Of a DNA stretch of 64,000 nt, positions 1-10,251 are shown one piece after another. The DNA is from a virus, in IMG/VR virus record IMGVR_UViG_3300048854_000126, positions 32,001 to 96,000 of that record. The stretch is one strand, 5' to 3'. Made by a program: the position numbers and the translations under genes. The notes beneath the pieces were generated by a model. The model was not told the DNA's origin. It did no database searches and saw only the letters and a program-made list of their open reading frames with translations. Numbering within the stretch: position 1 is the first letter of the stretch; every line of letters starts with the position of its first letter.

Positions 1-1073
1 GTATCGCTGACGATTTGGCAAAGGCAATGATTGCAGCAGCGGGCAAGCCGGATGAAGAGCTGGAAGTGCCGGGCTACATCGACACCGGCTACGAGCCGTT
101 GAACAAGATGATCTCGGGCGATCCGAAGAACGGCGGTATCCCGATGGGCCGCATCATCGAAATCTTCGGCCCGTCGAGCTCGGGTAAGACGTGGCTCGCA
201 ACCCAGATTATGCGTCGCGCACAAGAAATGGGTGGCGTCGCGCAGTTCCACGACCACGAATACACGTTCCAGCTGCCCTTTGCGGTGCGCAGCGGCCTGA
301 ACGGGGATTACCCGTGGTTCAGCTACCGGCGCCCCGAAACGTGGGAGGAGTCGAACACGGTGGCGCTGCAAACCGCGTATGCGATTCGCCAGAGCAAGTT
401 GCTCAAGCCGCTCGCGCCGATCGTGATCGTGTTCGACTCCGTTGCGGCCATGATCCCACGCTCGGTGCTGTATGACGCGAAGGGTAAGAAGCGCGGCTTC
501 GATGAACTGTCGATGAACGATACGACGGCGCTCTCGCGGGTTAGCTCGACGACGCTCAAGGCGATCAACCAGCAGACCGCCGAGCTCAACGTGACGATCA
601 TCTACTTGAACCAGATCCGCACGAAGGTCGGCGTGGTCTATGGTGATCCGACCACGACACCGGGCGGCTCGTCCTTCGAGTTTTACGCGACGACGCGCCT
701 CGCGCTGGGCAAGAAATACATCAAGCAGAAGGTCGGCGGGGTGGATACCGTCGTCGGCCAGATGATGGGTATCGAAACGAAGAAGAACAAGCTCCAGCGT
801 GCGCGGCAAGAAATCGACCTTCGCCTGAACTTCGAGGACGACGGCATGACGGCGGTGAACCTGACCCAATCGCTGATCGAGCACGCAATTGGCGAAGGCA
901 AGCTCAAAAAGCTGACGACTGGCCGCGTCGAGTGGATCAACGGCAATAGCTACCCGCCCGCGCAGTTGGCTGACCTGATCGACAAGTCGGGCACGAAGCC
1001 CGCGTTGCTGCACATCCTCTATCCGGATCACTACCCGGCAGTGGCCGCGCCCGCGGTCGTTGCAGCAGCCTGA
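1..1073 (+). CDS. recA: RecA/UvsX-like recombinase (true start probably a few nt before the window)
   Basis: Walker A GPSSSGKT, DSVAAM, LNQIRTKVGVVYGDPTTTPGG RecA motifs; frame open to the window edge. Confidence 0.9.
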   Translation, partial: IADDLAKAMIAAAGKPDEELEVPGYIDTGYEPLNKMISGDPKNGGIPMGRIIEIFGPSSSGKTWLATQIMRRAQEMGGVAQFHDHEYTFQLPFAVRSGLNGDYPWFSYRRPETWEESNTVALQTAYAIRQSKLLKPLAPIVIVFDSVAAMIPRSVLYDAKGKKRGFDELSMNDTTALSRVSSTTLKAINQQTAELNVTIIYLNQIRTKVGVVYGDPTTTPGGSSFEFYATTRLALGKKYIKQKVGGVDTVVGQMMGIETKKNKLQRARQEIDLRLNFEDDGMTAVNLTQSLIEHAIGEGKLKKLTTGRVEWINGNSYPPAQLADLIDKSGTKPALLHILYPDHYPAVAAPAVVAAA

Positions 1074-1123
1074 CCCAGCGTCCTGTCTACACTGATTAGT
1101 AGATAACCAGTGAGGGCGGGGCG

Positions 1124-1483
1124 ATGGACCAACAAATCATCGATTTTGCGCCGCCGGCCGAAGGGCTCGACGGCGTTTTTGTTTTCAACACGTTCCGCGT
1201 CGGTCGCACTTGGGCGTCGAAGGTCAAGACCGACGACGAAGTGCTCCTCATGTGGGCAAAGAAGCTGCGCGTGTTCGGGCGCGCGGTGGTCGGCGAGGTG
1301 CATACGGGCAAGCTCAGGGAGCTCGCCGAGCAGCACGCGCGGTTCAACCATAACCAGACGGGCAACCCGGACACGGCGGGCGCGGCAGACCGCTTGATCG
1401 CAAACATGATGAAGCGATACGGGCCGCACATCGTTCACGAAAATAAGCTCTGCACCGTCATTTACATGAAGAGGATCGAATAA
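1124..1483 (+). CDS. Hypothetical phage protein
   Basis: ATG ORF, stop overlaps next start. Confidence 0.7.
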   Translation: MDQQIIDFAPPAEGLDGVFVFNTFRVGRTWASKVKTDDEVLLMWAKKLRVFGRAVVGEVHTGKLRELAEQHARFNHNQTGNPDTAGAADRLIANMMKRYGPHIVHENKLCTVIYMKRIE

Positions 1484-1926
1484 TGGCAGAGCTAAAGGTC
1501 AAAGACTGGAAGCCCTCGACCTGCGGCAAATACCAGGCCGCCAAGGTCAAGAAGGGCTACAACCTCTACGGAGAGATTCGCAAGTATCCGAACGGCACCA
1601 CGATTTACTGGGCGTTCCGCAAGCCTGACGAGATATTCATTGAGCTCGACGCCTGGGCGATCGACACGGAAACCATTTCCGTCATGAAGAGCCGGCGTGT
1701 CACCCACGTGGGCATCCTGGTCACCAACGGCGACACCTACCTGACGCGCATCGAGACGATGACCGACAAGGACAAAGGCGCCGTCGTCCTCAATTACAGC
1801 GCGCACAAAGGCGCTCGCGGCAAGTTCGGCGCCCGCCAGTGGTATCTCCCGCGCTCGGCATTCGCACAGCAGCTTGCACCGCCTGAAACGACCATCGAGC
1901 TTATGAAGATCCGCGGTCGGCGGTAA
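1483..1926 (+). CDS. Hypothetical phage protein
   Basis: Translationally coupled (TAATG), phage-like codon use. Confidence 0.7.
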   Translation: MAELKVKDWKPSTCGKYQAAKVKKGYNLYGEIRKYPNGTTIYWAFRKPDEIFIELDAWAIDTETISVMKSRRVTHVGILVTNGDTYLTRIETMTDKDKGAVVLNYSAHKGARGKFGARQWYLPRSAFAQQLAPPETTIELMKIRGRR

Positions 1927-1980
1927 GTCAGCCGTTACCAATACCGTAAACTATACGGTTCTGCATTTGGGGAACTATTG

Positions 1981-2385
1981 ATGATTCTAGCCAGCGCACT
2001 TTTGTGCATGACGCTCAACGTCTACCACGAGGCCCGCGGCGAGCCCATTCTCGGGCAATACGCTGTCGCCGCTGTGACGATGAACCGTGCGGGCGATGAC
2101 CCCGCCAAGGTCTGCGAGGTGGTCACGCGCCCGCATCAGTTCAGCTGGACCGACCGGCTTCTCACGCGCAAGCGCTCGGGCTGGGTGCTCAGGGCTGCGG
2201 GCGTGCCGAAAGACGACTTCGCATGGATGGTCGCGAGCAAGGTCGCCTACAACACGCTTGCTGGGAAGATGATCGACGTCACGCACGGCTCGACCTACTA
2301 TCACACGACTGAATCCAAGCCTTGGTGGCGCAAAGCATTCGTCCGCGCAGCCGCGATAGGCAACCACATTTTTTATCGCGTGTGA
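1981..2385 (+). CDS. SleB-like cell wall hydrolase (Hydrolase_2)
   Basis: NVYHEARGE, QFSW, GSTYYH, IGNHIFY motifs. Confidence 0.9.
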   Translation: MILASALLCMTLNVYHEARGEPILGQYAVAAVTMNRAGDDPAKVCEVVTRPHQFSWTDRLLTRKRSGWVLRAAGVPKDDFAWMVASKVAYNTLAGKMIDVTHGSTYYHTTESKPWWRKAFVRAAAIGNHIFYRV

Positions 2386-2463
2386 ATAGTAAGCGATGAC
2401 TATACTTAATCATGCAAGCTCACTTAAACGGTTTTCCCTTTTCAAACTACCAGGAGTCACCGC

Positions 2464-3027
2464 ATGAAATTCACCAAGTTCTTGTCCACGCTGTTCGTGC
2501 ACGCCGTCGTGTGGGCCGGATTGCTCTACGGGTATCACTACTTGGAAGAGGGCATTGAGAACCTTGTCGTTTTCTTGGTCGGCTTCTCCGCCATGCAGGT
2601 GCTGATCGTCAGCGCCATCAACGGCGGCCTGCGCTCGTTCGATGTGCCGTCTTCGCGGTTCGGGCGTGTCGCTTTCCACCTGTTCCAGTTTTCGCGGTTG
2701 TTCATGGTGTTTTCGCTCGCCGGACACGGGCACTTCGTCTCGGCCGCCGTGCTGATGATTCTCTTCCTTGCCCACGGTGCAGCGTATTCGCAGGTCCGGC
2801 AGTTCGAGAAGAAGCTGAAGTCGCTTTTCGAAGCCATGCACGACATGAAGGGATTCCCGGTGCCGGCTGACTTCGATGCTCCGGTTAGCGAGACGGCTGG
2901 GGCGAGCGCTAAGGCGTCGGACGAACCGAAAGCCACCACGCTCGAAGTGAAGGTCAATCCGAACGCATCGCGTGACCCTGCCTTCGGTTATGCGTTCACG
3001 AACAAGGACATCGCAGCATCGACCTGA
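2464..3027 (+). CDS. Membrane protein
   Basis: AGGAG RBS; several hydrophobic N-terminal segments. Confidence 0.7.
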   Translation: MKFTKFLSTLFVHAVVWAGLLYGYHYLEEGIENLVVFLVGFSAMQVLIVSAINGGLRSFDVPSSRFGRVAFHLFQFSRLFMVFSLAGHGHFVSAAVLMILFLAHGAAYSQVRQFEKKLKSLFEAMHDMKGFPVPADFDAPVSETAGASAKASDEPKATTLEVKVNPNASRDPAFGYAFTNKDIAAST

Positions 3028-3049
3028 TCGCGTCTCACCAGTAGCAGAA

Positions 3050-3072
3050 ACAGGGGCCGAGTGCCCCTGTTC
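3050..3072 (+). terminator. Hairpin, probable terminator
   Basis: ACAGGGGC-CGAGT-GCCCCTGT inverted repeat after a stop codon. Confidence 0.45.
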
Positions 3073-3128
3073 AGTATCCAACAAGTCATCAAGACAATGC
3101 TCGCATTGAGCAACCATTCGAGGGAACC

Positions 3129-4196
3129 ATGAAGCCATACGGGCTGATCTCAGACACCCATTGCCACAACTGGTCGGCATTTTCATCGACCAACGACGAC
3201 CTGACGAACACGCGCCTCATTTCGATCCTCGACGAGATCGAGCGCTGCGCCATCGAGGTCAAGAAAGCGGGCGGTGACACCATTTATCACGGGGGCGACC
3301 TGTTCCACGTGCGTGGTTCGATCGAGCCGAGCGTGTTGAACCCGACGCGTGCACGGTTCGAGAAAATCTACCGCGAGCACGGCGTGAAGTTCCGCCTTCT
3401 TCCCGGCAACCACGACCTGGAGCACAAGCACAGCAACGCGGTCGGCAATGCTGTCGAGGCGATGCGCGGCGAGTGGGTCGAGGTGAAGCACCACGCGGTA
3501 TGGCACGACGACCAGAACGTCATGCAGGTGCCCTGGATCGAGCGAGTCGAGGACTTAAAGACAAAGCTCGTCGAGCTCCGCGACGACGTGGAGCGTGACG
3601 TTACCGGCGGTGCAGCGGTGGCCGACCTCATCATCCACGCACCGATCGACGGGGTGATCGAAGGGCTGCCAGATCACGGGCTCACGGGCGAGTGGCTCGC
3701 GGACCTGGGATTCAAGCGTGTTTTCAGCGGCCACTATCACAACCACAAGGAAATCGTGCCGAACAAGGTCTGGTCGATCGGCGCGACCACGCACCAAACA
3801 TGGGGCGACGTGGGCAGCAAGGCGGGCTTTTTGATCGTCTCGCATTCGCAGGTCAAGTGGCACAGCACCCGCGCTCCCGAGTTCGTGGACATCAACGAAG
3901 TGATGGACCCGACCGAAGTCGCGCTGCGCTGCGACGGCAACTACGTCCGCGTGAAGGTGCAGAACGCCAAGCCGAGCGAGGTCAGTGCGATCCGCGACGG
4001 TCTGACGAAGCACGGCGCGCTGGGTGTGAACGTCAACGTGGTGAAGGTGGCATCGACGGGCCGCGCAACCGTGAGCACAGTGAAAGCGGGTGCATCGGTC
4101 GAGGTCCAGGTGACCGACTACATCAAGGGCGCCAGCTTCGAGCATGCCGATCTGGTCGCGCAGCAAGCAATCAACGTTCTCGCGGAGGCGCTGTAA
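3129..4196 (+). CDS. Mre11/SbcD-like metallophosphoesterase nuclease
   Basis: SDTH, GDLFH, GNHD, GHYH motifs; coupled to Rad50-like gene. Confidence 0.9.
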   Translation: MKPYGLISDTHCHNWSAFSSTNDDLTNTRLISILDEIERCAIEVKKAGGDTIYHGGDLFHVRGSIEPSVLNPTRARFEKIYREHGVKFRLLPGNHDLEHKHSNAVGNAVEAMRGEWVEVKHHAVWHDDQNVMQVPWIERVEDLKTKLVELRDDVERDVTGGAAVADLIIHAPIDGVIEGLPDHGLTGEWLADLGFKRVFSGHYHNHKEIVPNKVWSIGATTHQTWGDVGSKAGFLIVSHSQVKWHSTRAPEFVDINEVMDPTEVALRCDGNYVRVKVQNAKPSEVSAIRDGLTKHGALGVNVNVVKVASTGRATVSTVKAGASVEVQVTDYIKGASFEHADLVAQQAINVLAEAL

Positions 4197-6157
4197 TGGA
4201 ATTTCTCAAACTTCGGGCCGTTAACTTCCTGACCCTCGGTGACTCGGGCGACTTGTTCCTGAAGGACCGCGGGCTCGTGCTCATTCAGGGCGTGAACAAG
4301 GACGACACGTCCACCATCTCGAACGGCGCGGGTAAGTCGTCGATCGCCGACGCACTGTGCTGGGCGCTCTTCGGCACCACCGCGCGGGATGAATCGGGCG
4401 ATTCCGTCATCAACGAAAAGGCGAAGAAGGGCTGCTACGTGTCGGTCATCCTGCAGGACGGAGAGTCGATCTACGAGATCCGCCGGCACCGCAAGGACAA
4501 AGCATTTAAGAACGGGATCACGATCACGCTGTGGAACCCCGCGCAGAAGTATCACGATGGCGCAGCGGGTGAGCGCATCGAGAAGGGCACCGAGAAGGAA
4601 ATTCAGGCGCAGATCATCGAGATCGTCGGCTGTAACCACGACGTGTTCAAGTCGGCAATCTATGCAGGCCAGGAGGATATGCCTGACCTGCCGAAGATGA
4701 CCGACAAGCCGCTGAAGATGCTGATCGAAAAGGCGTCGGGCATCGAACGTCTGGAGAAAGCCTACGAGATCGCGAACAAGCGGCGTGACGACGCGAAAGC
4801 CGCGGTCGAGGCGCAAACCACGAAGATTGCCTCGCTCGAGGGCCACATCGTCAACTGGAAGGTGTCGCTCGCTCAAGCTGAAACGCGGCACGCGGCGTTC
4901 GAAGCCGGCCGCCCGGCACAGCGCGACGCACACGTTGCGAACCAGACCGCCATTGCCGACGCGCTGCGCAAGAATTTTGAAACCTACAAGAGCCTGAACG
5001 AGCCCGAGCTCACCGCGGAGCGCGACAAGCTGCAAGCGGTCCTGACCGAGCACAACAAGTTCGGGGTCGAGCGCAACGCGCTGGTCAAGGCAGAGAGCGA
5101 GGCAAACACCGCGCTCACCGTTCGGCAGCGTGACTTCGAGCAAACCCGCAAGCAGATGCTGACCGCGGTGGATGCGATCAAGAATGCGCCGGCCGCGATG
5201 GCGAAGCCTTGCACCGAATGCGGCAAGCCTCACACACCTGAAGAGCTCGGCGACTTCGTGGCGCACCAGACCAAGCGTGCAAAGGAACTGGGTATCGAGG
5301 CGACGAAGATTCAGGCCGAAGTGACGGACTTGCAGAACAAGGCGGCCGCCGCGAACAAGGCGCTCACCGACTTCGAAGCGACCATCCCCGACGTGTCGGC
5401 GACGTCCACGCGCTTGGCACAGGTGAACGCGTCGCTCAACGCATGCCAGCAGTTGAAGAACGCGATCCAGACCCAGCGCACCGCGCACGACCAGGCGAAG
5501 GCTGCGGCGGAAGCGGCAATGACCGTGGTGAACCCGGAGCAGTCCGCGATCGACATGGGCAAGGCGCAGATCGCCGATATCGACGCGCAGATCGACGCGA
5601 TCAAGAAAGGCTCGGAGGCGCTCATCAAGGCGGTCGAGATCGCCGAGAGCGTGGTGAAGGTGTTCAGCCCGGGCGGCGTTCGTGCCCAGATCCTCGACAC
5701 CGTGACGCCATTCCTGAACGACCGCACGTCCGACTATCTGTCGGCACTGTCGGACGGGAACATCAGCGCTGTCTGGTCAACGCTCACCACGACCGCGAAG
5801 GGCGAGCTCCGCGAGAAATTCAACATCGAGGTCGAGAACGCCACAGGCGCGAAAACGTTCGGTGGTTTGTCGGGCGGGGAAAAGCGCAAGGTGCGGCTAG
5901 CGACGATGCTCGCGCTGCAGGACTTGGTCGCGTCCCGTGCGACGAAGCCGATCGGTATGTGGATGGGTGACGAGATCGATGACGCACTCGACGCGGCCGG
6001 GCTCGAGCGCCTGATGACCGTCCTAGAACAGAAGGCACGTGAGAAGGGCACGGTGCTCATCATCAGCCACGAGTCGCTGAGTGATTGGTGCGACCAGATC
6101 GCGACCGTCACGAAGGAGGGCGGCCAGTCAACGGTGGCGGGCGTGCTGAGCGCATGA
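4196..6157 (+). CDS. Rad50/SbcC-like SMC ATPase (start at ATG 4196)
   Basis: Walker A NGAGKSS, coiled coil with CTEC zinc hook, LSGGE signature, DE Walker B, ISH. Confidence 0.9.
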   Translation: MEFLKLRAVNFLTLGDSGDLFLKDRGLVLIQGVNKDDTSTISNGAGKSSIADALCWALFGTTARDESGDSVINEKAKKGCYVSVILQDGESIYEIRRHRKDKAFKNGITITLWNPAQKYHDGAAGERIEKGTEKEIQAQIIEIVGCNHDVFKSAIYAGQEDMPDLPKMTDKPLKMLIEKASGIERLEKAYEIANKRRDDAKAAVEAQTTKIASLEGHIVNWKVSLAQAETRHAAFEAGRPAQRDAHVANQTAIADALRKNFETYKSLNEPELTAERDKLQAVLTEHNKFGVERNALVKAESEANTALTVRQRDFEQTRKQMLTAVDAIKNAPAAMAKPCTECGKPHTPEELGDFVAHQTKRAKELGIEATKIQAEVTDLQNKAAAANKALTDFEATIPDVSATSTRLAQVNASLNACQQLKNAIQTQRTAHDQAKAAAEAAMTVVNPEQSAIDMGKAQIADIDAQIDAIKKGSEALIKAVEIAESVVKVFSPGGVRAQILDTVTPFLNDRTSDYLSALSDGNISAVWSTLTTTAKGELREKFNIEVENATGAKTFGGLSGGEKRKVRLATMLALQDLVASRATKPIGMWMGDEIDDALDAAGLERLMTVLEQKAREKGTVLIISHESLSDWCDQIATVTKEGGQSTVAGVLSA

Positions 6158-6759
6158 ACCGTGTTGTCCTTGCCGGGCGTCGCTTCGGCAAGACCGCGAT
6201 GATGCGCGAATGGATGGAACGGGCGGCCGGCGGGCAGATACCGGAGGGCGGTATGGGGAACATGTTTGATGACCTGAAGTCGGCAGCAACCGGCTTTGTT
6301 CAACGTATGGATGAGGATAGAAAGATGACTGACGAAAAGCGGGCAGCAGGGCAGAAGGTCGCCGACGCGATCAACCAGGCGGTGAAGAACGTCGGGCCGC
6401 AGACCGGGCGACGCATGAACCTGACCGGGCCGGCGAGCCTGTCGATCAAGACGCGCCAGGGCACTTACAAAACCAAGGCGTTCCTGGGCGATGAGGCGTT
6501 CACGCTTACGGGCGCATACATGGGCAAGCGGGGCGACATCATCGGCATCTACAAGAACACGCTGCCGGTCGATTACGCCTTCATGGAGATGCCACTCAAG
6601 GACGCGGACGAGAAGCTCAGGGGCCACCGGGATTATCTGAACGAGTTGCAGATTCCCGACTACGGCACCGTGATCGCGCACTTCGAGTCGCAGAAGGAGC
6701 AGGCGCGCGCAGTTGAAACGGCCGAGTTGATGACCGATCCGGCATTTGGCAGTTGGTAA
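6154..6759 (+). CDS. Hypothetical protein ending in GSW (alternative start 6325)
   Basis: ATGA overlap with upstream stop; internal RBS before MTDEK. Confidence 0.6.
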   Translation: MNRVVLAGRRFGKTAMMREWMERAAGGQIPEGGMGNMFDDLKSAATGFVQRMDEDRKMTDEKRAAGQKVADAINQAVKNVGPQTGRRMNLTGPASLSIKTRQGTYKTKAFLGDEAFTLTGAYMGKRGDIIGIYKNTLPVDYAFMEMPLKDADEKLRGHRDYLNELQIPDYGTVIAHFESQKEQARAVETAELMTDPAFGSW

Positions 6760-6768
6760 GAGGAAATC

Positions 6769-7347
6769 ATGAAAGTGAAACTGATAGGGCTGGACCCGTC
6801 CCTGACGAACACGGGCATCGCGATCATGGAATACGACATTCACACGGCGGAGCTGTCGGTATCGGAACTGCGGCTGGTCAAGACGAAAAACGAGAAGGGC
6901 AAGCAGGTCCGTCAGAATTCGGACGATCTGCGTCGCTGTCGGGAAATCGTCGCGGGCATTCACGCCGCATGCAACGGCGCACTCTTCGCCGTGTCAGAAA
7001 TCCCGATGGGCGCACAGAGCGCACGCGCAGCGCTCGCGTTCGGCATGGTCATCGGGATGCTTGCGAACTTGCCTGTGCCGCTCATTCAGGTCAGCCCGAC
7101 CGAGGTGAAGATGGCTGTCGTCGGGCACAAGCAGGCGGCGAAGGAGGAAATGATCGACTGGGCGGTGAAGACATACCCGGACGCGGGCTGGCTCCTGCAG
7201 GAAAAGAACGGTGCCACCTTCAAGAAGGGCGATCTGAAGGCTGAGAACGAGCACCTGGCCGATGGCTGCGCGGTCGTCCACGCCGGTATCTTCACCGATC
7301 AGTTCAAGAACGCGCTCGCCATGCTGCAGTTCGCGAAGGCGGCCTGA
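6769..7347 (+). CDS. RuvC-like Holliday junction resolvase
   Basis: IGLDPSLTNTG N-terminus, SE, PTEVK, EHLADG motifs. Confidence 0.85.
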   Translation: MKVKLIGLDPSLTNTGIAIMEYDIHTAELSVSELRLVKTKNEKGKQVRQNSDDLRRCREIVAGIHAACNGALFAVSEIPMGAQSARAALAFGMVIGMLANLPVPLIQVSPTEVKMAVVGHKQAAKEEMIDWAVKTYPDAGWLLQEKNGATFKKGDLKAENEHLADGCAVVHAGIFTDQFKNALAMLQFAKAA

Positions 7348-7348
7348 C

Positions 7349-7588
7349 ATGCGCGGCGTTCTGAAAGGCAGTGTCCGGGATATGCGCTACGAGAAGGACC
7401 ATGACCGTGACGTGATGAAAGTCACGATTGTGCTGGACGTCTATGCGAAGCCTGACTTCGAGAACACGAACTACATGCCCGGTGAGTTTGTTGATGTCTG
7501 CTTTGGTGGCGCACTTCCCCAACCGATGCGCCCGCTCTACGAAGTGCCAATGGCAGATGCACCCGACGAGCGCAGCAGCAGCTGGTAG
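7349..7588 (+). CDS. Hypothetical protein ending in SSW
   Basis: ATG 1 nt after upstream stop. Confidence 0.55.
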   Translation: MRGVLKGSVRDMRYEKDHDRDVMKVTIVLDVYAKPDFENTNYMPGEFVDVCFGGALPQPMRPLYEVPMADAPDERSSSW

Positions 7589-7703
7589 CCAACCTATACT
7601 GAACTATGTGAGGTCGCAAGTCGCGGCTTTTATTTTGCCTGTGCGCAATAGTAAGCGCTGACTTATACTCACTTCCCCGTAACGCAAAGCGAGAGAAACA
7701 TCC

Positions 7704-9965
7704 ATGAACGTAGTAAAGCGCGACGGCTCGGTCGAGCCGCTCAACGTAGAGAAAATCCAGAAGTGCGTCGAATGGGCTTGCAGCGGCCTGAGCGTGTCGC
7801 AGTCCGAGCTCGAAACGAGCGCCGGGCTGATGTTCTTCGACGGGATCACCACCGCGCAGATCCACCGCGCGATGATCCTCGCAGGCGGCGGCCTCATCAG
7901 CCTCGAGTCGCCCGATTACACCTACGTTGCAGCGCGCCTTCTGAAGCAGCAGCTTTTCAAGGAATCGGTCGGCTCGATCGAATACCCGCCGCTCGAACTG
8001 TATGTGACGTATGGCGCGGAGCTGGGCAAGCTCTCGACGGAGCTCGTTGACGGCCGCTGGGATTACCGGGCGCTCGAAGCGGCAATCGTGCCGGATCGCG
8101 ACTACAAATTCGACTATCTGGGCCTGCAAACGCTGGCTGATCGCTACTTCATCCGGGAGACGCCGGAGGGTCGCATCATCGAAATGCCGCAGCACTTTTT
8201 CATGCGCGTCGCAATGGGCTTGGCCCTGCGTGAAGACAACCCGACCGCGCGTGCCATTGAGTTCTACAACGTCCTGTCGTCGCATGAGTTCATCAACTCG
8301 ACCCCGACGCTGTTCAACTCGGCGACCCTGCACCAGCAAATGTCGTCGTGCTATGGCAATCAGGTGGGCGACTCCATCGTGTCGGACCCGGGCGAGCACC
8401 CCTACAACTCGATTTACGGCGCGATCACCGAATGCGCATTGCTCTCGAAGTATGCCGGCGGCATCGGCACTGACTGGACCCCGGTGCGCGGCAAGAACAG
8501 CCACATCAAGGGCACAAACGGCAAGTCCTCGGGCGTGGTCCCGTATCTGAAGGTCTACAACGACACCGCCGTCGCCGTGAACCAAGGCGGCAAGCGCAAG
8601 GGCAGCTTCGCGCCGTATCTCGAGACGTGGCACCCGGATATCCTGGCGTTCCTCGACCTGAAGAAAAACACGGGCGACGATCACGACCGCACGCACGACA
8701 TTTTCCCGGCGAACTGGATTCCCGACCTTTTCATGGAGCGCATGCTTGAGAAGGGCGTGTGGCACCTGTTCGACCCGCACAGCCACCCGGAGCTGCACGA
8801 GCTCTATGGCGACGCGTTCAAGCAGCGCTACGAGGAGCTGGAGGCGGCCGGCGCATATGTGGGCGAGATTCCGGCTGTCGAGCTCTGGCGCAAGATGCTG
8901 ACCGCGCTGTTCGAAACGGGCAACCCGTGGATCACGTTCAAGGACGAGATGAACCGGCGCAATCCGCAAAGCCATTGCGGGGTCATCCACAACTCGAACC
9001 TGTGCACGGAGATCGCCCTGAACAACTCGGAAGACGAGACGTTCGTGTGCAACCTCGGCTCGGTCAACGTCGCCGAAGTGAACCCGTTCGACGAGCCGAC
9101 GCGGTTCAAGCGCGTCATCAAAACCGCGATGCGCATGCTGGACAACGTGATCGACATCAACTTCTACCCAAGCGATCGGGCGAAGACCGCGAACATGCGG
9201 CACCGCCCGGTCGGGCTGGGGCTGATGGGCCTGTCGGATCTGCTCGCTCAGCGCGGCATCGACTGGGAGTCGGACGAATGCGTTGAACTGAACGACACCC
9301 TGCTGGAGCACCTGTCGTTTGAGGCGATCAATGCTTCGGTGGACCTGGCCATCGAGCGCGGCGCCTACAGCACGTTTGAAGGCTCGAAGTGGTCGCAGGG
9401 CATTTTGCCGATCGACACGGCCCGCGACCAGTCGTCGAGCCTTGACTGGAGCGAAACCCGCGAGCGCGTCATGCAGTTCGGCATGCGCAACAGCAACACG
9501 ATGGCGATTGCTCCGACCGCGACGATCAGCAACATCATCGGGGTGTCGCCGTGTGTCGAGCCGAACTTCGAGCTCTTCCACTCGAAGAAGAACATGGGTG
9601 GCAAGTTCCTGGTCATCGCACCTGCGCTGCGCTACGCCAAACCGGGTCAGAAGGTGAAGACCGCCTTCGAAATCGACCCGATGTGGATCATCAAGGCCGC
9701 AGAGCGACGGCAGAAGTGGATCGACCAGGCCCAGTCCACCAACATCTGGATCAAGGCCGGCACGAAGGGCAAGGTGCTCTCGCAGATTTACATCGAGGCA
9801 TGGAAGCGCGGTCTGAAAACGACCTACTACCTGCGCACCGAGTCGGTCACCTCCACGACTGAGGAAGCGCCCGTGACGACGGAAGCGGCTCCGGCGGGTG
9901 ACGTGATGGAGGCGGAAGTGAACATGTGCTCCATCGACAACCCCGAATGCGAGTCGTGCCAGTAA
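7704..9965 (+). CDS. nrdA: Class I ribonucleotide reductase large subunit with N-terminal ATP cone
   Basis: VVKRDG ATP cone, TPTLFN, SSCY, SNLCTE, APTATIS, KTTYY, C-terminal CESC. Confidence 0.95.
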   Translation: MNVVKRDGSVEPLNVEKIQKCVEWACSGLSVSQSELETSAGLMFFDGITTAQIHRAMILAGGGLISLESPDYTYVAARLLKQQLFKESVGSIEYPPLELYVTYGAELGKLSTELVDGRWDYRALEAAIVPDRDYKFDYLGLQTLADRYFIRETPEGRIIEMPQHFFMRVAMGLALREDNPTARAIEFYNVLSSHEFINSTPTLFNSATLHQQMSSCYGNQVGDSIVSDPGEHPYNSIYGAITECALLSKYAGGIGTDWTPVRGKNSHIKGTNGKSSGVVPYLKVYNDTAVAVNQGGKRKGSFAPYLETWHPDILAFLDLKKNTGDDHDRTHDIFPANWIPDLFMERMLEKGVWHLFDPHSHPELHELYGDAFKQRYEELEAAGAYVGEIPAVELWRKMLTALFETGNPWITFKDEMNRRNPQSHCGVIHNSNLCTEIALNNSEDETFVCNLGSVNVAEVNPFDEPTRFKRVIKTAMRMLDNVIDINFYPSDRAKTANMRHRPVGLGLMGLSDLLAQRGIDWESDECVELNDTLLEHLSFEAINASVDLAIERGAYSTFEGSKWSQGILPIDTARDQSSSLDWSETRERVMQFGMRNSNTMAIAPTATISNIIGVSPCVEPNFELFHSKKNMGGKFLVIAPALRYAKPGQKVKTAFEIDPMWIIKAAERRQKWIDQAQSTNIWIKAGTKGKVLSQIYIEAWKRGLKTTYYLRTESVTSTTEEAPVTTEAAPAGDVMEAEVNMCSIDNPECESCQ

Positions 9966-9974
9966 CCAACTAGG

Positions 9975-9999
9975 AGGGGCCGGGCAACCGGCCCTTTTA
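9975..9999 (+). terminator. Intrinsic terminator-like hairpin
   Basis: AGGGGCCGG-GCAA-CCGGCCCTTTT. Confidence 0.6.
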
Positions 10000-10005
10000 A
10001 CCCTT

Positions 10006-10251
10006 ATGACCATCATTGATCTTGCAGCACGCCGCGCCGCGAAGAAGGCTGCGCCCGAACCCTTGCCCGAAGTGCCTGCCGCAACACAGGCCGCGATTGA
10101 GCAGAGCGTCGCGCAGTTCGGCTTTGCCCACTCGCTAGTCGGTCAGACCTTGCGGTTCTATGCCAATCAGGGCTTCGACCACGGGCAGCGCGCACACGAG
10201 GCGCTCACCGCCATGAACCAAACACTCGCATTGACACCCGAGGCATCGTAA
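10006..10251 (+). CDS. Hypothetical protein
   Basis: ORF between nrdA and nrdB, coupled to nrdB. Confidence 0.65.
   Translation: MTIIDLAARRAAKKAAPEPLPEVPAATQAAIEQSVAQFGFAHSLVGQTLRFYANQGFDHGQRAHEALTAMNQTLALTPEAS

Noticed and set aside
3692-4195. N-terminal extension of the Rad50-like ORF
   Set aside because: Overlaps the Mre11-like gene in another frame; real start is the coupled ATG at 4196 with GGAGG RBS
7422-10016. 864-aa reverse-strand ORF
   Set aside because: Antisense shadow of nrdA caused by GC-rich codon bias; no recognisable motifs
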